IMG/VR virus record: IMGVR_UViG_3300048579_000349 | Coordinates: 1-33,169 of that record | DNA from: a virus | Lineage: Duplodnaviria > Caudoviricetes | DNA: 33,169 nucleotides | Strand: one strand, 5' to 3' | Shown here: positions 8,051 to 15,830 of the stretch, one piece after another | How the letters are laid out: every line of letters starts with the position of its first letter | Position numbering within the stretch: position 1 is the first letter of the stretch | Program-made: the position numbers and the translations under genes | The notes under the pieces: model-generated | Databases searched by the model: none | Told to the model about the DNA's origin: nothing | What the model saw: the letters and a program-made list of their open reading frames with translations, nothing else

Positions 8051-9493
8051 TTATCTTCTTATTGCGTTAAAAATTATACTTGCTAAAATCCTATTGCCGA
8101 GTTCTGTTAAATGCAGATTGTCATAAAAGTAATGAGTGTTTGAATATGAACCAGTAGCTCCGATATATTCATTTAAATCTACTCTGATAATACCCGTTGC
8201 AAATCTGTTGTAGTTAGCTATTAGGGAATCGTTATATGCCTGACGGTGAGTGCCTTCGTTGTTCCACGAAGTACAGGTGCAAACCCACACTTCCCATCCT
8301 TGCGCTCTTGCACTGTCGCACAGGATTTTCATAAGCCTGTATGCCGAGTCTGCAGATGCGCCTGCATTCATACTACAGATGCCTTCCATTGGGATATAAA
8401 TATTATTCCGGTACTTCGAATCATATAATGGGCGTACATTTGTTGTGAAGTTTTGAATCTGTGTCTCGGTTAACCGTGAACCTACGCCTTTATTATAAAC
8501 TATGTACCCCTGAAGGAGTGAATCTATTTTATGCGGGTAACTTAAATTATATCCGAGCAGGCACTGCGTAATTGAGTTGCCGTCACATACAATCTGTCCT
8601 GATGTTATGTTGTGCTTTAAGCTGTCAACCGCCTGATTAAGCAGTCTCCAATCTTTACCGTTGAATGCCCTGCTAAGTCCGCTTAGAAAATATCTGCGAC
8701 CTGCGAATGTCGAGGCAGTGCCTCCATTATTTACACAGCCTAAATAGACTTCGTAATTTGGGAGAGAGCTTGCAAATGTCACGTTTGAACTTGTCACATA
8801 TATTCCGTTTTTATAAAGCCAATTTTTTCCGCCGTACGCAGAGAATCCGTAGAAACCTCTTGAATCAGAATTAGTAGTATTCACATAGCTTGCGGTTGTG
8901 TTCACATTGTAATACATATTCCCGTTGCTGAAACGGATAATAGGATTAAAGTAATATGAGCCGGCTTGCACACCTGCATCAAATCCGCCAGGATTATTTG
9001 TGTCGCTGTATATGCACATACTTGCAAATGTTCTTTGAAACTTTACCGGGTCTGTTGATAAATTATATTTAAGATTTATATATTTATTAGATGCCGGAAT
9101 CAATCCTTTATACTTAATAAGCGAGGAACCTATGCCGCCAGCTAGTAACGCATTTTTATATCCCTTCAGGTCAACTACCGAACTTGCAGTGTCGTAGTTA
9201 CCATATAAAGTTATTTGGTCAAAAGCATCCCACAGGGTTGTATCGGTTATTTGTGTTGAATCATAAATAGCAGAGCAAAAATTATTTTTAAGAAAATAAA
9301 TAAACGAGTTAATTGCATATTTTGAAACCGAAGGATAATCTGCAGGTAGCTTACTAAAATATATCAATGCCTCGGGTTCGAATACAAAACTTGAAGTAAC
9401 ATTTTTGTAACCGGATTCATATCCTTTATAACCTTGAGCATTTGCTTTTATAAAGGAAAGGAAAATTAATATTATTAAAAATCTTTTGTTCAA
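8051..9493 (-). CDS. Signal-peptide protein with lectin-like middle region and C-terminal SGNH/GDSL hydrolase
   Basis: Probable TTG start at 9493 after GGGAGA. Signal peptide ...IKANA|Q; SGNH blocks DGNSIT, NKGVGS and DNLH. Confidence 0.75.
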   Translation of the reverse strand: MNKRFLIILIFLSFIKANAQGYKGYESGYKNVTSSFVFEPEALIYFSKLPADYPSVSKYAINSFIYFLKNNFCSAIYDSTQITDTTLWDAFDQITLYGNYDTASSVVDLKGYKNALLAGGIGSSLIKYKGLIPASNKYINLKYNLSTDPVKFQRTFASMCIYSDTNNPGGFDAGVQAGSYYFNPIIRFSNGNMYYNVNTTASYVNTTNSDSRGFYGFSAYGGKNWLYKNGIYVTSSNVTFASSLPNYEVYLGCVNNGGTASTFAGRRYFLSGLSRAFNGKDWRLLNQAVDSLKHNITSGQIVCDGNSITQCLLGYNLSYPHKIDSLLQGYIVYNKGVGSRLTETQIQNFTTNVRPLYDSKYRNNIYIPMEGICSMNAGASADSAYRLMKILCDSARAQGWEVWVCTCTSWNNEGTHRQAYNDSLIANYNRFATGIIRVDLNEYIGATGSYSNTHYFYDNLHLTELGNRILASIIFNAIRR

Positions 9494-9497
9494 AAAA

Positions 9498-10232
9498 CTA
9501 TCTCCCATTAATAGATAAATAAAAACGGACAAGCCCGCCGTATTGACTTCTTATGTACATATTACTGAACGCTCCCGCATCCCACCAGTCGAGTGCCGAA
9601 TATGGGGTTTTCGCTGGAATGGTTATTATATTATGGATGTGACTGAAATCCTGTTCGGGACTAATTTGTAAAGCAGAATCTGAGATGATGCTAAACTTAA
9701 ATGCCGCACCAATATTTACCTCGCTCCAGGACCCTATACTTAAGCTATTGAGTACGTTATATGCGTAACTACTACAGGTATCATTCACTTCAAGGTTAGC
9801 GGTTATTAAAGGAGGGTAAATATTAAAAGCAGCATTCACAATGAACGAGGTGTCAGCGCCAAAGCTTTTATTTATTTTCATTCCGTGCAGATCAATATCG
9901 CCTATATAGTATTTCACAAGAATGCTATCACGGTTTGCTTTTAATATAAATTTTGTACCTTCATAATTAATCGAGAAGTTATTCACTGCAGAGAAAAATT
10001 CAGTATTAAAAGTAGTGTCACGCTTTTGAGTTTTAATAAAAATGGTATCCTGTGAATTGCTGGCAAACTCTACTGTCAGCTTCACGTCGAATGCGTACCT
10101 GCTCAGGCGGATTGTATCGGCTGTGGTCTTGACCCACTTGCTGGCAACGTATGGATTTGGCTGCGAATGCAAGACCCCGATAGTAGCCAATAAGATTATA
10201 ACGCTGAGTAATATTGATTTTGTGCATTTCAT
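9498..10232 (-). CDS. Signal-peptide-bearing beta-rich protein, paralog of 6762..7316
   Basis: MKCTKSILLSVIILLATIGVLHS|Q signal peptide; N-terminal motif shared with 6762..7316. Confidence 0.75.
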   Translation of the reverse strand: MKCTKSILLSVIILLATIGVLHSQPNPYVASKWVKTTADTIRLSRYAFDVKLTVEFASNSQDTIFIKTQKRDTTFNTEFFSAVNNFSINYEGTKFILKANRDSILVKYYIGDIDLHGMKINKSFGADTSFIVNAAFNIYPPLITANLEVNDTCSSYAYNVLNSLSIGSWSEVNIGAAFKFSIISDSALQISPEQDFSHIHNIITIPAKTPYSALDWWDAGAFSNMYIRSQYGGLVRFYLSINGR

Positions 10233-10236
10233 TTTT

Positions 10237-10692
10237 TTAAATAATTATGTTTACTGAAACCGGCATAGTTAAAATCATTGCCGGCACGGATTCAATTGCA
10301 ATATCATTAATGGAAGCAGGACCGATTGAGCCCCCTGAAATACAGGACACCCCTGGAAGTTTTTCTAATAGTAATTCTTTAACGGCATTTGCTTTTGATT
10401 TTAAACCTGTTTTAATCGTCATATAATCTTCAGTATCAAAATTGGCTTCGTTAGTATTTGCCGAAGCAATTATTACAGATACAGTTAAATTCTGTTTTTC
10501 AGATGTAATGGAATTTTGATTGTTATCATTAAAAGTTTCAAAAGCAGGTTCGGAGTCTTCGACCAATACTGCAGGAAAATCTGCAATGGGAAAAAATATC
10601 GAACTTACTGATATTTGTTTCAGCCAGTCAAGCCTTTTTTCTTCGCCTGAATTATCTTCTAAAATTTTTAATATTGCCGCCTGTGCTTCCAC
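10237..10692 (-). CDS. Putative tail terminator/completion protein
   Basis: 151 aa acidic protein with a DFPAVLV motif, located after the neck gene. Confidence 0.6.
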   Translation of the reverse strand: MEAQAAILKILEDNSGEEKRLDWLKQISVSSIFFPIADFPAVLVEDSEPAFETFNDNNQNSITSEKQNLTVSVIIASANTNEANFDTEDYMTIKTGLKSKANAVKELLLEKLPGVSCISGGSIGPASINDIAIESVPAMILTMPVSVNIII

Positions 10693-11219
10693 TATGCTAA
10701 TTTTAATTTGCTAAGTTGTTCTGTTATAAAACTCTGATTTAAATTCATTGCCATTTGTAAGAACGGAAGACCTTCAGTACCTTTCTTTGCAATCTTTCTT
10801 GCTATTAAATATGCAATTGACTTAACCTGTGCTTCGAGTGTATCTGAACTCTTCCTTGCTTTTATCGCGCTTATGGATGTCAATGCTTTTCCTCTGCTTC
10901 CTTTTACCATTCCCCTTTTTATCACCCACTTCTGAATCGGTTCAAGCGGCGGAAAGTGAGGTTTAGTCCCTTCGTGTCTGTATATTGCATAAGGTACATT
11001 TGCGCCTACTCCAATTACCCCTATCATTTTCCCGATTTCTTTTATTATTTGTGTTCTTATATTCCTTGCTAATTCGCCAGTCACATTCACTTTCTTATCG
11101 TGCAAAATCTTCACCGCATCCGCTTGTAACTTTAGTAATATCACTCTTAAAGTTTTTTCGGCTTCGGCTTCCGACTTCTTTATTAGTTCAGGAATATTAT
11201 TTTCAAAATTATCGGGCAT
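10692..11219 (-). CDS. HK97 gp10-like neck/tail-completion protein
   Basis: TGELARNI, VPYAIYRHEGTKPHFPP, IARKIAKKGT...PFL motifs. Confidence 0.8.
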   Translation of the reverse strand: MPDNFENNIPELIKKSEAEAEKTLRVILLKLQADAVKILHDKKVNVTGELARNIRTQIIKEIGKMIGVIGVGANVPYAIYRHEGTKPHFPPLEPIQKWVIKRGMVKGSRGKALTSISAIKARKSSDTLEAQVKSIAYLIARKIAKKGTEGLPFLQMAMNLNQSFITEQLSKLKLA

Positions 11220-11683
11220 TATGGTGTAGCCATTTTAATTGAACCTGCGTTTAATACCATTGGATTGTTTTCAGAATCCGGGTCCGCTTTCGTTACGAAC
11301 CCCGATAAAAGCCTCACGGCTTCGTTCCTGTGTTTATTAACTTTGCTCTCAATATCATTTTCAGAAAGCAGTTCTATTTTGCCATCGCCAACTCCTGATG
11401 ACTTTGTTATACCGTTTCCGGAGGTTGCGTTATTCAGACCGGGCATCATATACGCCAGGCAAAAATTTGCTTCGCCAAGTGCGGCAATTTTTTTATTTAT
11501 ATCCGTATCTTCGAGAGCAGCAAGCTCATCATATTTAGCCTGACCGATTAGCTTTACTACATCAAGTTGAGCCGCAGGTAGCCATAGAGTAATTAAGTCA
11601 TCGGTTTTTAATTTAAGATTACCTGCTGATTTGATTTTATCTGCAGTAGCTAAGTAAGTAATATCTGTATCTGTATTGGGCAT
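11219..11683 (-). CDS. Head-tail adaptor/connector protein
   Basis: First gene after the capsid; N-terminal YLATADKIK and helical adaptor pattern. Confidence 0.65.
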   Translation of the reverse strand: MPNTDTDITYLATADKIKSAGNLKLKTDDLITLWLPAAQLDVVKLIGQAKYDELAALEDTDINKKIAALGEANFCLAYMMPGLNNATSGNGITKSSGVGDGKIELLSENDIESKVNKHRNEAVRLLSGFVTKADPDSENNPMVLNAGSIKMATP

Positions 11684-11700
11684 CCTTTTTTATTTTAAAT

Positions 11701-11733
11701 GTCTCGCACATACTGGAGGAATATGTGCGAGAC
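11701..11733. terminator. Hairpin downstream of the capsid gene
   Basis: Perfect 12-bp stem GTCTCGCACATA / TATGTGCGAGAC with a 9-nt loop. Confidence 0.55.
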
Positions 11734-11766
11734 TTATCTCGGTGTATGTTAATTAATTTTTGTTAT

Positions 11767-12717
11767 CTATCCCTGTACTGTCTTTGAATACATAACCATC
11801 AATTCAGACAGACGGTAGTTGAAGTCATTATAACAGGAAGAGACTATTACAACTTTCCTTGCAAGAATGTCTTTATCCCTGTCGATTGACATAGTACTGC
11901 CGTAGCCTACTGCAAAGTTTTCGGGTTTAGTTAAAATCATTCTGTTATCCGGCATTGCAAAATTCGGTTCGATCAATATACCATTATAATACACAGGTTC
12001 ATTTTTAAAGAGAATCGAATCTCCGAGCTGAGTATTTCTCTTCGCAAGATATTCACGGTATGCAAGTTCCGTGTCAGGAGAAACATAGTACCTTAATGAC
12101 GCTTTGTCATCCCTGTATTTCTTAGGTAAATCAACGAGCATTTTTTTGAATACTGTAACGAGAGGGTCTGCATCGGTATAGTTTCCTTTTTTGACATTAT
12201 TATCTGCCGCTGCCTTCACAATTATACCATCGATACTCTTTGTGAAATTATCCTGAGATGTTTTATCTCCGTTGAAGAATAATGAGACAAGGTCAGTTGC
12301 AAACTGCTTTGCAATTGCTCTTGTAATTGCTTCTTCGACTGCATTGACAGAATCGGGATTGAATGCGCCGCCGTTTGTTCCGATTGCTCTTCTCAAATAT
12401 TCGTAAGAAATAGCAACAGGAACTAAGAGTTCAATTGGGGCAAGGCTTCTCTTGGAATTTGTAATTCCAATAAGCTCTTCCGGGTTAATCCCCTCTACAC
12501 CTGCACGGATAATTCCGGTTCCGATTCCAAGCGTATCAAGATCTAACTGATTGACAATATCCGTGTAGTTGGATATGGTCTTGAGAAAACCGGACATATC
12601 AATAGTGGTTTCGATAAACGCAGCTAACTGCTGAGTATTAACCTGACCACCTGCACCGGTTGTAATCATACCCTTCATAACTTTTGTCACGAAGGCTTCT
12701 ATTTCTTTATTGTCCAT
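11767..12717 (-). CDS. Major capsid protein (HK97 fold, XkdG-like)
   Basis: 316 aa; GGQVNTQQLAAFI, DLVSLFFNGD, DGIIVKA and LPKKYR motifs; follows the protease. Confidence 0.88.
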   Translation of the reverse strand: MDNKEIEAFVTKVMKGMITTGAGGQVNTQQLAAFIETTIDMSGFLKTISNYTDIVNQLDLDTLGIGTGIIRAGVEGINPEELIGITNSKRSLAPIELLVPVAISYEYLRRAIGTNGGAFNPDSVNAVEEAITRAIAKQFATDLVSLFFNGDKTSQDNFTKSIDGIIVKAAADNNVKKGNYTDADPLVTVFKKMLVDLPKKYRDDKASLRYYVSPDTELAYREYLAKRNTQLGDSILFKNEPVYYNGILIEPNFAMPDNRMILTKPENFAVGYGSTMSIDRDKDILARKVVIVSSCYNDFNYRLSELMVMYSKTVQG

Positions 12718-12758
12718 AATAATATTTTTAAATATTTATAAATTAATTTCTTTTAAAA

Positions 12759-13925
12759 TTATTGCCCACCTAACAGGAAACCACAGTTGAGATTTTTCTT
12801 TACTTCTGCTTTTGACTTAGGCTCTTCTTTTTCTATTTCCTGCTGGCTGCCGGGTGATTTCTTTTCGAGCTCAGTAATTTTATCGTTCAGACCTTTAATC
12901 ACCTCATCTTTTTCTTTGGTGATTTTGTCGACTGCAGCGGTAACTGCATCATCGACCTGTTTCTTGATTTCTTCTGGTGTCATTTCAGTATCCTTATTTT
13001 GATTTTTTGATTTTGCGGTTTCGGCAGCGGCAAGTACTGCGTTCATATTATCTATTGCCGCCTGTATCTTTTTAAGATTTGCTTCCGATAAAACTTTTCC
13101 GGCTTTGCTTACTTTAATTTCACCGGTCTTTTCGTCGGTAACTTCTTTAATGATTTGCTTTGCGATTGTAATCGTATCAATTTTTGATTTGAACTGATCT
13201 ATATTAGTAAGTATCTGTGCTTTCTTGTCGGTTACTGTGGCATCGTTAAGAGCCTGGCGGATGGAATCGGACAGTGTCCATACATAGTCCTGAATTTCCT
13301 GTGTCCCCGCAAGTGAATTGAAATCCTTTATAATTTGAATTTCGTTGACGGGTTCTGTTGCTGATTTGTTATCCATATTATTTTCGAAAAATTTTGTAAA
13401 TGCGGTTAGAAATTTTTTAACTAAATTTTTTTCGGTATCGGCTTCTTCGATGCGTTCCGCAGTTCCATACATACTGAACCCGGTAAGCTCACCGCTCACC
13501 ACTTTATTCCAAACCTCTTCATTGTTTACCTTAACTGCGTATGCCCACGCACCGACCTCTTCAGGGAATAACGGGTCGCCTGATTTCACAATCCATGTTT
13601 CACACATAAAGACATCGCCAAGCGGTTTATTGTCGTGCTGCACGTCCGTCTTGTTTGAAGTCGTAAGCGACTTCATAAATAGTTCCTGCGCTTTTTCGAT
13701 TTCGGCGGCTGTCATAAAGTCACCGTGTGCATCCACCTGGTCGGGGGAATATACTATGCCATATACTTTCTTTTTAACTTCATCTGTCTTTGCAAATGTA
13801 AATCTGCGGATTTCATTTAAAGCGGATTCACCCTTTTCGGATTTCCATATAATAGTTTTTTTGTTGGCTCCTTTGTCAACAAGACTGACGAGTTCTACTT
13901 TTAAATTTCTTAATTCGCTTGACAT
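12759..13925 (-). CDS. XkdF-like prohead serine protease fused to a scaffold region
   Basis: VSLVDKGAN, VYGIVYSPDQVDAHGD, DVQH and GELTGFSMYG motifs; charged coiled-coil C-terminus. Confidence 0.88.
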   Translation of the reverse strand: MSSELRNLKVELVSLVDKGANKKTIIWKSEKGESALNEIRRFTFAKTDEVKKKVYGIVYSPDQVDAHGDFMTAAEIEKAQELFMKSLTTSNKTDVQHDNKPLGDVFMCETWIVKSGDPLFPEEVGAWAYAVKVNNEEVWNKVVSGELTGFSMYGTAERIEEADTEKNLVKKFLTAFTKFFENNMDNKSATEPVNEIQIIKDFNSLAGTQEIQDYVWTLSDSIRQALNDATVTDKKAQILTNIDQFKSKIDTITIAKQIIKEVTDEKTGEIKVSKAGKVLSEANLKKIQAAIDNMNAVLAAAETAKSKNQNKDTEMTPEEIKKQVDDAVTAAVDKITKEKDEVIKGLNDKITELEKKSPGSQQEIEKEEPKSKAEVKKNLNCGFLLGGQ

Positions 13926-13955
13926 AAAATATTATAGTTACTTTATGATTTTGTG

Positions 13956-14010
13956 CAAAATTATAATTTCATAAATTAAAATATTACTTCGTTTTGGTAA
14001 TGGGTAAATT
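13956..14010 (-). promoter_or_regulatory. Putative activator-dependent late promoter for the head/tail/lysis arm
   Basis: TAATTTTG element without TTGACA; 43/55 ungapped identity to 27234-27288. Confidence 0.7.
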
Positions 14011-14029
14011 GCGATATGTAAAATAGTGC

Positions 14030-14060
14030 TTGACAAGTAGACAAGGAAATTATAATTTCA
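14030..14060 (+). promoter_or_regulatory. Putative constitutive promoter with overlapping palindrome GAAATTATAATTTC (14046-14059)
   Basis: TTGACA-N17-TAATTTCA, 11 nt before the ATG at 14072. Confidence 0.65.
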
Positions 14061-14071
14061 ATAAAAATATT

Positions 14072-14290
14072 ATGGACGTTGGGAATAAAATAATCGAAGC
14101 AGAAGTGAAAACCATTTTATACAATGGTGAGCCAATCGAAAAATCCAAGTTCCTCGAAAACGGGGAATATTATCAGGAAGAATACCTTACAACATTATCT
14201 CAATGCGGGGTTGAACAAATCGGGAAGCTTATCAAATCATTTCAGATATACATTAATACTATTGGATGGTTTACTTGCGAATGCTATTAG
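14072..14290 (+). CDS. Small hypothetical protein (72 aa)
   Basis: ATG at 14072 lies downstream of the promoter; the track's TTG start falls inside the -35 box. Confidence 0.6.
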   Translation: MDVGNKIIEAEVKTILYNGEPIEKSKFLENGEYYQEEYLTTLSQCGVEQIGKLIKSFQIYINTIGWFTCECY

Positions 14291-14326
14291 TCTTTTAAAA
14301 TTTCATATTTTTTGCTATAATTAAAT

Positions 14327-14557
14327 ATGGAATATTACACTGCACAAATAGAAAAGATGTTTAATGTAACTCGTTCAAGGCTGCACCAGTTACGAATGGG
14401 GTACAGAAGAAAATACACTCGAGGGAAGAAGAATTATGATTATGTAAAACCTCCTGAATTAATAGAAGGAAAAGACTGGTACTATAAGAGGATGGATATT
14501 AAATTCAAACAATCCGCAATTAATAAGTTAAAAAAGATAATAAAAAAACCCCGCTGA
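14327..14557 (+). CDS. Small basic HTH-like DNA-binding protein
   Basis: YYTAQIEKMFNVTRSRLHQLR resembles a MerR/excisionase-type HTH. Confidence 0.6.
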   Translation: MEYYTAQIEKMFNVTRSRLHQLRMGYRRKYTRGKKNYDYVKPPELIEGKDWYYKRMDIKFKQSAINKLKKIIKKPR

Positions 14558-14568
14558 TGCGGGGTTTT
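14542..14568. terminator. Bidirectional intrinsic terminator
   Basis: AAAACCCCGC-TGAT-GCGGGGTTTT; 7 U on the minus strand and 4 U on the plus strand. Confidence 0.8.
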
Positions 14569-14645
14569 AAATTTAAGTTTCGATTTTAGTAATGTAGCTC
14601 CGATTATTTCTTCATAAGGTTGGAATTAAAATTGTAATTTCTTAA
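14542..14645 (-). ncRNA. Candidate small RNA of about 100 nt
   Basis: Bounded by a consensus promoter (14650-14680) and the terminator; the only ATG gives MKK-stop. Confidence 0.5.
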
Positions 14646-14649
14646 AGTG

Positions 14650-14680
14650 CAAAATTATAATTTCCGATAACCATTGTCAA
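14650..14680 (-). promoter_or_regulatory. Promoter for the candidate small RNA
   Basis: TTGACA-N17-TAATTTTG. Confidence 0.7.
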
Positions 14681-14683
14681 GCT

Positions 14684-15220
14684 TTAAAATCTAAGACCAA
14701 AATATAAACTTGCTTTTTCTATTTCGCTGCTGCCAAAACCAATTGTAAACTTATTTTCAGGAGCTATAATTAACAGCTTGCCATATACATACCCTTTTGT
14801 TTTATTTTGCTCCCATGTATACTTAACGGAAGAACCCGATAAATCATATATAGTATATTTCGAATGCCAAGTTAAAAAATAGCCTCCTTCAATTGCGAGA
14901 CCTGTATTTGAAATCAATCTTATGCCTGCACCAAGACCATACGGTCCTCTTTCTTCAACTCCTTTTATCGGTAGTTCATAAGATAATTGATTTATCTCTC
15001 CGTCTGCTTTTGGTTTTTTAATGCCATTATAATCCATAATTCCGGTAAACGTTATTCCTGCACCGGCAATAAAGTTAGAGGGATTGTAATATTGAGAAGT
15101 GATACTTGCACTTACACTTTGCATACCTACAGACAAACCGGATTCAAAAAATATTTTCTTAGTCTGCGCGGAGCAGGTAACCGAGATGACTATTAATAGA
15201 ACTGTGAATAAATATTTCAT
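14684..15220 (-). CDS. Putative outer-membrane beta-barrel protein (moron)
   Basis: GGAGG RBS before the ATG at 15220; signal peptide ...TCSA|Q; amphipathic strands; terminal LYFGLRF; has its own promoter. Confidence 0.7.
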   Translation of the reverse strand: MKYLFTVLLIVISVTCSAQTKKIFFESGLSVGMQSVSASITSQYYNPSNFIAGAGITFTGIMDYNGIKKPKADGEINQLSYELPIKGVEERGPYGLGAGIRLISNTGLAIEGGYFLTWHSKYTIYDLSGSSVKYTWEQNKTKGYVYGKLLIIAPENKFTIGFGSSEIEKASLYFGLRF

Positions 15221-15244
15221 TTTAACCTCCATTAAAATTTTCCG

Positions 15245-15275
15245 CAAAATTATAAATTCCCTTATATATAGTCAA
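15245..15275 (-). promoter_or_regulatory. Promoter for the beta-barrel gene
   Basis: TTGACT-N17-TAATTTTG, overlapping the repressor stop codon. Confidence 0.7.
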
Positions 15276-15634
15276 GAATTATTTTCTTTTGGAAGATTAA
15301 CTTTTATGGCTTCTATAAATTTACTGTATTTTCTTTTTTCGTCACGAAGTATCGATAATTCGTCTTCATATGTTTTAATTTTATATAATATATTTTCGTC
15401 ATCACCCATTTCTTCCGCTTTTCCATATACTAAATAGTCTAATGATATTTTAAAGTAAATGGCAATGCGGCTTAAAAAATCCAAGCTCCATTCTTGCCTA
15501 TTACATTTTATATTTGAAAAACTTCCGTGTGGTATTTTAAGATCTTTACATAATCGGTATGCAGTTATGTTGTGGTTACTGATTAATGCCAGGACACGTT
15601 TTGTGATTCCCTCATTATCAAATTTAAATTCCAT
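15272..15634 (-). CDS. Phage repressor, XRE-family HTH with C-terminal coiled coil
   Basis: ITAYRLCKDLKIPHGSFSNIK...LSRIAIYFKISLDYLVYG; divergent from the early operon; no S24 peptidase domain. Confidence 0.82.
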   Translation of the reverse strand: MEFKFDNEGITKRVLALISNHNITAYRLCKDLKIPHGSFSNIKCNRQEWSLDFLSRIAIYFKISLDYLVYGKAEEMGDDENILYKIKTYEDELSILRDEKRKYSKFIEAIKVNLPKENNS

Positions 15635-15719
15635 AGCAACTAAATTGAAATTAATCCGCCTTATAAACTCCTCTCAGTGTCCCCCGTAATGTGTTTAAAT
15701 TGCGTTTAAAAATGTTTAA

Positions 15720-15750
15720 CAAAATTAATGCGACTAATATACGGAGTCAA
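15720..15750 (-). promoter_or_regulatory. Repressor promoter
   Basis: TTGACT-N17-TAATTTTG. Confidence 0.7.
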
Positions 15751-15830
15751 GGGAAAAACTATGTTTATAACAAAAATTTTGGGTTTGGGTTATAGCAATT
15801 ATTATGCCATATTATTGAATCTTGAATATG

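Noticed and set aside
9494-9532. Track start for the SGNH protein at 9532 (likewise 15247, 14030, 16371, 19078, 21949, 23128, 31942)
   Set aside because: These upstream starts overlap neighbouring genes or promoters; downstream starts have RBS or coupling support and, where relevant, restore clean signal peptides.
749-13925. Tailocin or contractile injection system
   Set aside because: There is no sheath or baseplate, and capsid, portal and terminase are all present, so this is a phage.
308-13974. Plus-strand ORFs in the left arm (e.g. 1392..1715, 2394..2966, 13345..13974)
   Set aside because: They are Ser/Leu/Phe-rich antisense shadows of well-supported minus-strand genes.
14570-14645. CRISPR array
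   Set aside because: There is only a loose single resemblance to repeat ends and no repeat-spacer periodicity.
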